From contig NC_086097.1 of assembly GCF_963921235.1 (NCBI RefSeq), positions 155,932,001 to 155,996,000 of the forward strand: 64,000 bases of DNA, in the 5' to 3' direction. A program made the translations under genes and the position numbers. The notes beneath the pieces were generated by a model. The model worked only from the letters and a program-made list of their open reading frames with translations, made no database searches and was not told where the DNA came from. Position 1 is the stretch's first letter; each line of letters begins with the position of its first letter. Source of the DNA: Mobula hypostoma. Lineage: Eukaryota. Positions 12,056 through 23,484 of this stretch are shown piece after piece.

Positions 12056-14274
12056 GGGGATGCCACCAACTCTCATCTTCACCGGTCTGCCAGCCCAGCA
12101 AATAACCATGGATGTCCTTCATTCCACTTCCAAGTCACTGGCCTTCAAACACAAAGAAGCATCCTAGACTCTGGAAGACCTCTAATTCCCTCATATCACT
12201 GTTCCTAAAACCCTGACCCCAACTCCCTGCTTTTCCTGAAAACCATTCCTACAAATCAAAAAACAACTAAGAGAAATTAAGCTTGAGCCACGATGTCAAT
12301 GGAGACTGCAGTTCGGAGCCATCTAGATTAACAATATAGTCTTATTATGGATAGCTAGTGTGGGTTTGTGTAGGACAGGTCATGCCTCATGAGTCTGATT
12401 GATCAAACATAGCCATTGTGGAGACTGACAAAGTACTGTAGATTATGGTTTCAGCCTTTCAATATAAACAAAAATTAAATTCTGGAGACCAGACTTCCAT
12501 TCTTTTATCAGAAGATAATATGTAGGTTTGCTAAATTAAGATGAAAGGAGAAAGACATCATCACCAAGATTGAAGGTAGAAAAGGATTGATGCAACATAG
12601 AATTGGTAGATATGCTGGAAGCTGAGGAAGTCTGCCATAATGTTCTGATCCACAGATTGATGTTGCCTTAACTGCTAAACATAGTCTACCCACAATCCTC
12701 TGCTAAGTGAGAGGATAATGAGATGTGTAGTCCAATCTTTCTGAAAATCCCACAACAACGTACTCTGCAAGTGAACAAACAGGGAATTAAGGCAGCACAA
12801 TCAGAAATATCACTATAATTGAAAATGCTGTTTACAGCTCAAGGATGTTGTAACTGCAAGGAATCCATGTGCCACGGAGGAATGCACAGATGATTTAAGT
12901 CCACCTAAAAGAATATTCCCCCAGTCTCTTTCTCTCTACGCCCTTCCTTATGCATTCAGAATTATATAAATTCTGTGAACAAAAGGTGGTTGAATTAATA
13001 TCAACTAACCCAGATGCTAGTGCTTGATGATGTCAAGTTCCTCTTTTTTGAGCCCGAAGGAGGTAAACAATTAGGCATTCTTAAAGAACACAGCAAAAAC
13101 AACATAAAAACTGGAGTAGTTGCTACTCCAAAACTTCTACAGGGAACGTTGGAAGAACTCCAACTGTCAGTTTCACTGCTGGAGAGAATTAAAGAGTTAA
13201 AATATCAGGTATTAGTCTTTCACTGTAACATAGGACATAGAGCAGTGCAGTGCAGTACAGGAACAAACCCTTGAGTCCACAATGTCTGTGTGACTATGCT
13301 GGCAACTGAAACTAACCATAAATGCTTGCGCATGCTCTGTCTCCCTCCATTCCCTGCCTTTATCATGCCTCTCTAAAAAGCTCTTTAACATTGCTATTTT
13401 ATCAGCTACTAATACTGTTTGTACATGGCAGGGTGTTTCAGACACCTACCACTTTTTATATTTAAAAAAACATTTTGTGTGACTGTATTTTACTGATATC
13501 CTATATGTACCTTGTGCTGTGCATGACTATTGACACTGTTCATTGCACCTTGGCCCCGGAGTAACGCTGTTTCTGTATTCTAGAGTATTCAAGTATGGTT
13601 GAGTGACACTTGAAATTGAACTCGAAATAAAATGTTTTACCCTCTAGTGTTTGACATTTCCAACCTTCTTTCACATCATCCAGTACAAAGTCCACAGAAG
13701 AGGCTATGCAAGTGGGGGGCATGCACCTATCTCAGCAGGAATGAGATTGGTGAAGACGAACAGGTCACTGCTGCTACTGTGGCTCTCCAGGACACTTCTG
13801 GGTATCATGTCCCAAGCGTCCAGTAAGAAGATAGCTGTCAGTAAGAAGGGGAGTTCTGGAGAGTTGGTTCTCTCTGCAAGCATCTTCCCCTGATTGAGAA
13901 TTGCTCCCAACTTTCCTGTTGTGGGGGTCCCAGATTCATGAGCTTCAGGCATTTATTGACTCAGGAGCAGCTGGTAACCTCATGGATATCACACAGGCTT
14001 AAACATTGGGAATTCCTTCTCAATAATTGAGAGAGAATATTGATGTCAATGCTCTGATTGATAATCCACTGAGCACCGGAAAGATCCACCTTTCAAAGGT
14101 ACCCTTCCAACTTGCGCTAGAGGACAACCATAGGGAGCAGCTCTTCTTCTATCTTGTTGATTCATCTGAACTACTACTGGTGTTGAGATAGCTTTCCCTG
14201 GCTATCTTGCACAACCCACAGATTGATTAGTCCTTAAAGGTGCTCCAAGAATATGGAGTGGCATGCCCATCTTC

Positions 14275-14592
14275 CTCATTTTCTACTCTGGCCTTTCACC
14301 TTTTCTCTCCCACCTATCACTTCTCCCTGGGCCCTTCCTCCATCTCTTTCTGCTTCAATCCACTCTCCTCTTCTATCAGTTACCTTCTTCTCCAGTCCTT
14401 TATCTTTCCCATCCACCTGGCTTCACCTATTACCTTCCAGCTAGCCTCTTTCCCCTTCCCCGAGCTTCTTATTCTGGTGCTTTCCCCCTTCCTTTTCAGT
14501 CCTGAAGAGAGGTCTCAGCCTGAAGTGTTGACTGTTTGTTCAATTCCACAGATGCTGCCTGACCTGCTGCTCCTCCAGCATTTTGTGTGTGA
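14275..14592 (+). mobile_element. PLE 3' fragment inserted in the chromovirus
   Basis: Pyrimidine-rich UTR, then CAGTC-CTGAAGA-GAGGTCTCAGCCT-GAAG-TGTT-GACTG (14497-14534) and CTCCAGCATTTTGTGTGTG. Confidence 0.75.
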
Positions 14593-16789
14593 CGCCTGTC
14601 TACCTGATTGGACCCTGTCAGCATTTTCCCTGTGGTACCATCTGCTAGTGTGGACCTGTCCAGTGTTCCAGCTGAATATGCTGACCTTCTTGAGGTCTTC
14701 AGTAAGATGAAGGCACCTCCCTGAATCCACACTAGCCACTTGACTGTGCCATTGACCACTTATCCAGTTCTAGTCCTCCCTGGGACCAGCTCTGTGCCCT
14801 CTCTCTTCCTGAAGCAGTGGCTATGGAAGAACACATCCATCAACCTCAACAGCAAGAGTGTTCTTTTTTTCTGAGTAAGAAGGATCGCAAGCTCAGTCAC
14901 TGTATTGATTATTGGGCCTTCAATGATATCACGGGGGAAGAAGCGCTACCCTCTTCCTCTATTTGCCTCTGCGTTTGAACGTCACCAGGGAGCAACCACA
15001 TTCACTAAGATAGATATCTGGGCAATGCTTGCAACCTGGTTTGCATCCAAGTAGAAGATAGCATTCAACATCTCCATTGGCCTCTGTGAGTACTTTGTGA
15101 TGACTATTGGTCTGGTCAGCTCCCTGCTGATTTTCAGGCCCTGTTCAACGATGTGCTCTGGGATGTGTTGATTCAGTCTGGTTTTGTGTTTTTGGACAAC
15201 ATTCTCATCTATTCCCATTCTCACCAGGAACATGTCCAGAATGTCCGGAGGGTGCTTAGATGGCTCCTTGAGATCAACCTTTATGCCTAGCCAGAGAACT
15301 GTGAGTTCCACACAGAGTGTCGTTCTTGTGCTACATCCTTACTTCTTCCAGTGTTCGAATGGACCTATGTAAAGTTCAGACAATCACAGAGCAGCCCAAA
15401 CCACTGACTGTCAAACAGGTGAGGCTTCACGGGGTTTACAAACGCTTATCGCTGCTTCAGGAGAAACTTAGTTCCATTGCAGCCCCCATAAATGCACTCA
15501 CCAAGAAGACCTGTGCAGGATTCCTTTGGACAAGTGAAGCAGTCCAAATGTTCTCTGAGCTAAAGTGATGCTTCACCACTGCTTCAGTGCTGCAACATCT
15601 AGACCCATCCCAACCATTCATCGTTGACGTCGATGATTTATATGTTGGCTTTGGAGCAATTTCTCTCCCAGTGCTCTTCTGTAGATAATCAGCTGCACAT
15701 ATGTGCTTTTCTTTCCCATCGCTTGACTCCTGTAGAGTGAAACTATAATGCTGGGATCCGAGAACCTCTGGCTGACAAGGAAGACCTGGAAGCATGGCGA
15801 CGCTGGCTGTCAAGCCCATTGGGCTCTCTTCTTCAGCAGTTTAATTTCACCCTCTTCTACCATCCTGGCAACCATCCATCCAAGGCCAGTTCTCTCTCCC
15901 ATCAGTTTGACATCTCTGAGGGCAATGCCACTCCAGAGATTATCATTCTTCTCTCATGCATAGCTGCTCCAGTGATGGGAATAGAAAGAGAGGTGAGGGC
16001 TGCCTAACAGTTAGATCCAGGCCCAGTGGTGGACTCCCCAACTGGCTGTTTGTTCCTGCTGCTGTGTACCTCAGAATGAAGTAGGGTCCCTCCTCCTGTC
16101 TGGTTGGCCATCTGAGGATTCAGCAGAACCTGGAGTTTATAAGGAGATGGTTTTGTTGATCATCGATGCATGTCCTAAGATGTCCACTACTTCGACTCTC
16201 CCTGTTCCATTTGTGCCCAGAACAAGGTGTCATGTCAGCACCCTGCTGCCTGTGCGCCACCATCCCTGGTCACACCTTTCCATGGATTTTATCACTGATT
16301 TTCTTCCATCAGATGGGAACAGTACCATTCTAGTAGTTGTGGACCAGTTCTCCCAAAGCAGCCCATTTCATTGTTATCCCCTAGCTCCTGTCAGCTTGTC
16401 ACACTGCCACTCTCATGGATCAGCATGTGCTCAGCCTGCATGACTTCCCTCAGGACACAGTATCCGATCAAGGACTACAGTTAATGTCCCACTCTTAGAA
16501 GGCTTTCTGTTCTCTTTCGGGAGCCACAGCCAGCCTCTCATCAGGATTCCACTCCCAATTGAATGGCCGGACAAAGACAGTGAATCACAGTCAAAGTTCA
16601 AAGTAAATTTATTAACGAAGTACCTGTATGTCACAATATACAACCTTGAGATTCATTTTCTTATGGGCATTACAGTAAATGCAAGAAACACAATAGAATC
16701 AATGAAAGACTGCACCCAACAGGATTGACAAACAACCAATGAGCAAATATAATAATTCAGAAAATTAATAATAATAATTAAAATACAAA

Positions 16790-17283
16790 CTCATAAATAA
16801 CATCTTATCTTTCTATAAATACAAGCCTGTTCCAGTTTTAGAGTCAGAGTCTTACAAATTATATTATGACTGATCCATTATTACAGATAGGACAACCATT
16901 ATAACAATCTAGAAATAATATTACTGGATTAACAGGAACAACTTACAGTACATAATAGATATAGTCATTCCAAACACACATGCCATACAAAAATCAATGA
17001 AAAAACACCAGAAATATGCTGAATTAAAAGAGGAAATTGCAAGACTATGGAACAGGAATAGGGCATACATTGTCCCAATAGTAATATCTATAAATGGTAT
17101 TACCCCAAAGTCATGACACAATACATTAAATAATTAGGCCTACACAGCAATATTTATGTATATCACCAGAAAGCCACAATAGACCGAAAGATCCTAGAAA
17201 TTGCGAAACGAATGTGATTGTCTATGCCTGTACCTCAGATTTTACCAGTTTGAGCTGAGAAAAACTTCAAAAAATAATAATAA
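16790..17283 (+). mobile_element. 5'-truncated R4/Dong-like RLE LINE, copy 1 (3' end only)
   Basis: Paralogous to 19080-19400. Encodes IDIVIPNTH..KYAELKEEIARLW (RLE endonuclease region) and ends in an A/(TAA)n tail at ~17270-17283. Confidence 0.75.
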
Positions 17284-20200
17284 CTTCATGTGTACCTATT
17301 AATAAATATAAACAGTTTTCTTAAAAAACCTGAAAAAGTGTTTGCATTTTTGACAGAAGGTAAAACATATCTTTTACCGAAAGGAGAAATCACAAATGAC
17401 CTGCACAATATTGTGCTATTGCTTCTTTACAAACTTTATATCAAATTGTAACATCATGCATCTCAAACTAATTAGCGCTCATTTAGATAACTACAATATA
17501 CTTAGAGAAGAGCAGGAAGGATGCCATAAGGGTATAAAAGGATGTAAAGAACAACTGATAATAGTTTCTGTAACTCTAAATCAGGCCTGGCAGAAAAGCA
17601 GAAAACTCTCATGTTGTTATATTGACTAACAAAAAGTGTTTGATTCTGTCCCACACTCATGGTTAGTAGAAGTTTTTAATATATGTAAACTACACTCAAT
17701 ATTTGTGGAATTCCTATAACATCAGAGGAAGCCTTGGTGTACTATAATCACGCTATCTATTAACAACCAAAAAAATACACAACCACAGTTATGAAAATAA
17801 ACTGAGACATTTCCCAGGGCAATACTCTAAGTCCCCGGTGGTTTTGTCTATCTTTAAACACACTCTCTAGTTTACTGAATTGGATAAAAATTGGGTATCA
17901 CGTCAGAAACAATCAAACAAGTTATATCTTGGCATGCCTTCTATACATGGACAATTTGAAATTATGTGCTCTTTCATTGGTAAAGCTAAATCAATTAAAT
18001 TTAAATAGTAGAATTATTTTCTAAAGATATGAACATGAACTTTGGACTAGATGAGTGCAGAACATTAAACATAAAGTAAGGTGCAATAGAGCTAGTAGAA
18101 TATAAAACAGAGCAGCAGGATACAATACAACCGATAAATGAATATGAAACATATAATTATCTGGGGTATCAACGAGCAAAGGAAATAGATCATAGTGTGA
18201 AAAAGGGAAAACTTTTGACAGAATTTATTTCAAGGTTTAAGAAAATCTGCCAAACAGAGCTCAACAATAAAAATATAACAAAGTCAGTAAACACTTCTGC
18301 TATACCCATGTTAATGTAATCTTTTGGCATAATATCTTGTTTTGAAATCGATCTGGAAAACATACAAAGAAAAATAAGAATGGAAATGACAAATTTTAGA
18401 AAACACTATGTATGCTCGAAGGCACTTGGATAAACACTACCTAGAACAGAAAGAAGAAGTGAAATAACAGATCTAAAAAGTTACACAACAGTCAGATTAA
18501 ACTTCTAAGGATACACTTTCATCAACAAAAAGAGGATCCAGAGCAGGTATGAGCAGGTGCAATTCTGATAAGAAGTACACACCACTAGACTTAAAATGAA
18601 AGAACAACCCAGAAACATGAAAAAAAATCACTATGGAAGAAAAAGTCAACCAATGGAAGAGTATGACCTTCCACGTAAGACATCCTCACAATTTGTGCAG
18701 ATTAGATGTCGACAAGGAAGTGTTGAATGCCTGGCTCAGAGGTGGAAACGTCTTCCCAGATGCAAAGGGTTTCCTTGTGGAGAAACAGGACCACGTAGTT
18801 AACACAAAAAATAAAAATGTACTTTATACTTTATTGTCGCCAAACAATTGGTACTAGAACGTACAATCATCACAGTGATATTTGATAAACTAATAGTAAA
18901 TAATAATAATAATAACAATAATAATAATAAAATACCAACAAATTCAAGATGATAAATGCAGAAAATCCAAAGAGAAATCAAAAACAATTCAACACATTAA
19001 CCAATCCTGCAGCAGCTTAACTCAATCTGGTTATTTACACAGGCACAATCAACCGGCAAACACCATTCACCAAAATCTTGCTTTAAAATAAAAATTCATA
19101 ACAGACACCATATCTTACTATAAATGCAAGGCTGATCCAGTTTTAGAGTCAGAGTCTGTCAAATTATATTATGACCAATCCATTATTATGGATAGGACAA
19201 TCCATAATAACCATCTGGATATAATATTACGGGTTAAGCAAGCAAGTTTACTTACTTAATAGGTATTGCCATCCCAAACACATATGACATACAGAAATCA
19301 ATGTGAAAAGCCCAGAAATATGCTGAATTAACAGAGGAAATTGAAAGCCTATGGAACATGAACAGGATAAGCCTAGTAATTGAGAAATGACTGTGCTTGG
19401 ATATAAGACCATAAGACCATAAGACAAAGGAGCAGAAGTAGGCCATTCAGCCCATCGAATCTGCTCCGCCATTTTATCATGAGCTGATCCATTTTATCCT
19501 ATTTAGTCCCACTCCCCTGCCTTCTCACCATAACCTTTGATGCCCTGGCTACTCAGATACCTATCAATCTCTGCTTTAAATACACCCAATGACTTGGCCT
19601 CCACTGCTGCCCATGGCAACAAATTCCATAGATTCACCACCCTCTGACTAAAAAAATTTCTTCGCATTTCTGTTCTGAAAGGGCGCCCTTCAATCCTTAA
19701 GTCATGCCCTCTCGTACTAGACTCCCCCATCATGGGAAACAACTTTGCCACATCCACTCTGTCCATGCCTTTTACCATTCGAAATGTTTCTATGAGGTCT
19801 CCCCTCATTCTTCTAAACTCCAAGGAATACAGTCCAAGAGCGGACAAACGTTCCTCATATGTTAACCCTCTAATTCCCGGAATCATTCTAGTGAATCTTC
19901 TCTGTACCCTCTCCAACGTCAGCACATCCTTTTCTTAAATAAGGAGCCCAAAACTGCCCACAGTATTCCAAGTGAGGTCTCACCAGCACCTTATAGAGCC
20001 TCAACATCACATCCCTGCTCCTATACTCTATTCCTCTAGAAATGAATGCCAACATTGCATTCGCCTTCTTCACTACTGACTCAACCTGGAGGTTAACTTT
20101 AAGGGTATCCTGTACGAGGACTCCCTGGTCCCGTTGCATTTCAGAACTTTGAATTCTTTCCCCATTTAAATAATAGTCTGCCCCTTTATTTTTTCTGCCA

Positions 20201-22025
20201 AAGTGCATAACCATACACTTTCCAACATTGTACTTCATTTGCCACTTCTCTGCCCATTCTTCCGATCTATCCAAGTCTCTCTGCAGACTCTCCGTTTCCT
20301 CAGCACTACCGGCCCCTCCACCTATCTTCGTATCGTCAGCAAACTTAGCCACAAAGCCACCTATTCCATAATCCAAATCGTTGATGTACAATGTAAAAAG
20401 AAGCGGCCCCAACACTGATCCCTGTGGAAAACCACTGGTAACCGGCAGCCAACCAGAATAGGATCCCTTTATTCCCACTCTCTGTTTCCTGCCTATCAGC
20501 CAATGCTCTATCCACGTATGTAACTTTCCTGTAATTCCATGGGTTCTTACCTTGTTAAGTAGCCTCATGTGTGGCACCTTGTCAAAGGCCTTCTGAACAT
20601 CCAAATATACAACATTCACTGCATCTCCCTTGTCTAGCCTACTGGTAATTTCCTCAAAAAATTGTAATAGGTTTGTCAGGCAGGATTTTCCTTTAAGGAA
20701 TCCATGCTGAGTTCTGCCTACCTTGTCATATGCCTCCAGGTACTCTGTAACCTCATCCTTGACAATCGACTCCAACAACTTCCCAACCACCGACGTCAAG
20801 CTAACAGGTCTATAATTTCCTTTTTGCTTCCTTGCCCCCTTTTTAAATAGCGGAGTGACATTTGCAATCTTCTAGTCTTCCGGAACCATGCCAGAATCTA
20901 TCGCTTTTGAAAGATCATCGCTAATGCCTCCGCAATCTCCACAGCCACTTCCTTCAGAACACGAGGGTGCATTCCATCTGGTTCAGGAGATTTATCTACC
21001 TTTAGCCTATTCAGCTTCCTGAGTACTTTCTCTGTCGTAATTGTGACTGCGCACACGTCTCTTCCCCGCCACCCTTGAGTGTCCGGTATACTGCTGATGC
21101 CTTCCTCAGTAAAGACTGATGCAAAATACTCGTTCAGTTCCTCTGCCATCTCCTTACCACCCATTACAATTTCTCCAGCATCATTTTCTATTGGTCCTAT
21201 ATCTACTCTCACCTGTCTTTTACTCTTTATATACTTGAAAAGCTTTTAGTATCCTCTTTGATATTATTTGCTAGTTTCCTTTCATAGTTAATCTTTTCTC
21301 TCTTAATGACCTTCTTGGTTTCCTTTTGTAAGGTTTTAAAAACTTCCCAATCCTCTGTCTTCCCACTAATCTTTGCTTCCTTGTATGCCCTCTCCTTTGC
21401 TTTAACTTTGGCTTTGACTTCTCTTGTCAACCATGGTTGCATCCTTTTTCCACTCGAAAATTTCTTCTTTTTCAGAATATATCTGTCTTGCACATTCCTC
21501 ATTTCTCAAATAAACTCCAGCCACTGCTGCTCTGCCGTCTTTCCCGCCAATGTCCCTTACTAGTCAACTTTGGCCAGTTCCTCTCTCATGCCACTGTAAT
21601 TTCCTTTACTCCACTGGAATACCGACACATCAGATTTCGGCTTCTCTTTTTCTAATTTCACAGTGATCTCAATCATGTTATGATCACTGCCTCCTAAGGG
21701 TTCCTTCACCTCAATCTCTCTAATCACCTCTGGTTCATTACACAATACCCAATCCAGTACAGCCGATCCCCTAGTGGGCTCAACAACAAGCTGTTCTAAA
21801 AAGCCATCTCGCAGACATTCTACAAATTCTCTCTCTTGAGATCCAGTGCTGACCTGATTTTCCCAATCCACTCGCATTTTAAAATCCCCCACAATTATCA
21901 TAACACTGCCCTTCTGACAAGCCTTTTCTATTTCCAGTTGTAATTTGTAGTCCACATCCCTGCAGCTGAAGTATGCCTGTACTTCAGGTTTTACCAGCTT
22001 GAGCTGAAAAAAACAACAATAATAA
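17284..22025 (+). mobile_element. Decayed R4/Dong-like RLE LINE, copy 2 (interrupted by CR1 at 19404-21968)
   Basis: RT remnants EEQEGCHKGIKGCKEQLII, YID*QKVFDSVPHSW, FQGNTLSP, LYMDNLKL. CCHC-derived DKCRKS..TIQHI..SC, then RHN, then DRTIHNNHLDII (PD-type region). 3' end resumes at ~21969 and ends in AAC/AAT repeats. Confidence 0.8.
19404..21968 (-). mobile_element. 5'-truncated, frameshifted CR1 LINE
   Basis: ORF pieces 21560-21955 (APE, GDF..SDHN), 21227-21502, 20898-21212, 19888-20799 (FADD) and 19503-19925. (TCTTATGG)n tail. Confidence 0.93.
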
Positions 22026-23484
22026 GTAAATAAGCAATAAATATTGAAAACGAGGGATGAAGAGTCCTTGAAAGTGAGTCTATAGGTTATGGGAACAGTT
22101 CAGTAATGGGGTGAGGGAAGTTATCTTCTTTGGTTCAAGAGCCCAATGGTTGAGTGGTAAAAATTGTTCCTGTACCTGGTGGTGTGGGTCCTGAGGCTCC
22201 TGTACCTTCTTCCTGATGGCAGCAGCAAGAAGAGAGTATGGTTTGGATGGTGGGAGTCCTTGATGATAGGAGCTGCTTTCCTGTAGCTGCGCTCTTCATA
22301 AATATGCTCAATGGTGGGGAAAATTTGATCTGCGTTAGACTATCTTATATACTACTTTTTGTAGGTACTGCCATTCAAGGACATGGGTGATCCATACTAA
22401 GCCATGATGAAACCTGTCAGTATACTCTCCACCACATATCTAATACAAGTTTGTTGAAGTTTTAGATGGCATTCTGAATTTTCGCAAACTTCTAAGAAAG
22501 TAGAGGCGATGCCATGCTGGGCCCAGGACAGATCCTCTGAAATGATAAAACCATGGAATTTACCATGGATGACCCTCTCCACCACTGATCCCCAGATTAG
22601 GACTGGCTCATGGGCCTCCGATTTCAATAATCATCTCTTTGGTCTTGCTGACATTGAGTGAGAGGTTGTTGTTGTGGTTACACTCAGCAAAATTTCCAAT
22701 ATTACATCTATATACTGATTCATCACCACTATTGATTTGGCCACTGATAATGGTGTCATCAACAAACTTAAATATGTCATTGGAGCTGTGCTTAGCCTCA
22801 AAGTCATAAGTATAAAGCGATATATCAGTGATAAATATAAATCAAGAGCTGGAGACAACTTTGTGCTACCTTGTCTCTTCCAACCCCACCACTTGAAGCT
22901 CCTAACTTGTTTAGCCAGAGATAGCCCACAATAATCTCCAGATGTTCACCATTGGTATGTCTCCCTTTGCATACCGAAAAGGAGTCTAGTCACTGTTCTT
23001 CCCGGGGCCAAAAGATTTACATGGGAGTTCCTGCTGCTGAACAATTAATCCAACACTTCAAGTGTATATGAAGATGGGTCAGGGCTTCTGTGCTGTGCAC
23101 ACATAAATAATATGCCCGGAAGACTGACTGGCTCCACTAACGGAAGAGAGCTCTCTCAGGCCAGGGGAAAATAGTCTGGCTGATGTCAAGGGGTTGTTGT
23201 CTGAGAGAGGAAACCTGCATAGGACCATTCATATTGGAGGTAGCTATCAACAGAGCTTCCTGTAGTCTGTACCTTCGATCATCTGTGAAGATTCATCATA
23301 TGTTTCATGTTTCTCAGCACAAACTAGTGACTTCCCCTCTCCCCTCTTACTCCAGTCACCCCTCTGCCCCTCCTCCCCATTTGGTGTATGTGTCCAGGTC
23401 AATTATGTGTGGCGCCATAACATCCAATCCAGGACCTTGTGGATTGGGAAGGTATGGCCCAGAGGAGCGTTTTGAGTTCTAGCA

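Larger units (their letters stand above)
16588..22839 (-). mobile_element. Rex1-type LINE fragment (own parts ~16588-16770 and ~22020-22839) inserted in the Gypsy integrase
   Basis: Tail matches 8420-8650. Remnants DLSWAQH and VVESILTGFI. Flanked by AATCA at 16583-16587 and 22840-22844. Confidence 0.75.
13670..23480 (+). mobile_element. Decayed chromoviral (sushi-like) Gypsy element split by nested insertions; own sequence ~13670-14270, ~14595-16587 and ~22840-23480
   Basis: Gag knuckle CCYCGSPGHFWVSC (~13769), protease FIDSGAAGNLMD (~13952), RT remnants (CIDY, RYPLP, ~14900-14960), integrase [21 protein letters not shown] (~16260-16350), GPF..IHHMFHVS (~23220-23320) and chromodomain remnant LVDWEG/YGPEER (~23435-23470). 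No LTRs found. Confidence 0.85.

Noticed and set aside
12600..12695. Minus-strand AVKATSICGS/NIMADFLS resembles an RNase H C-terminal motif (DIRS/Gypsy)
   Set aside because: Needs a frameshift and no other supporting motifs were found nearby.
13014..13274. 86-aa ORF with protein-like composition; possible AG...GT exon at 13014-13208
   Set aside because: No recognisable domain, weak splice context and no partner exons. The 3' part runs into a CR1 tail.
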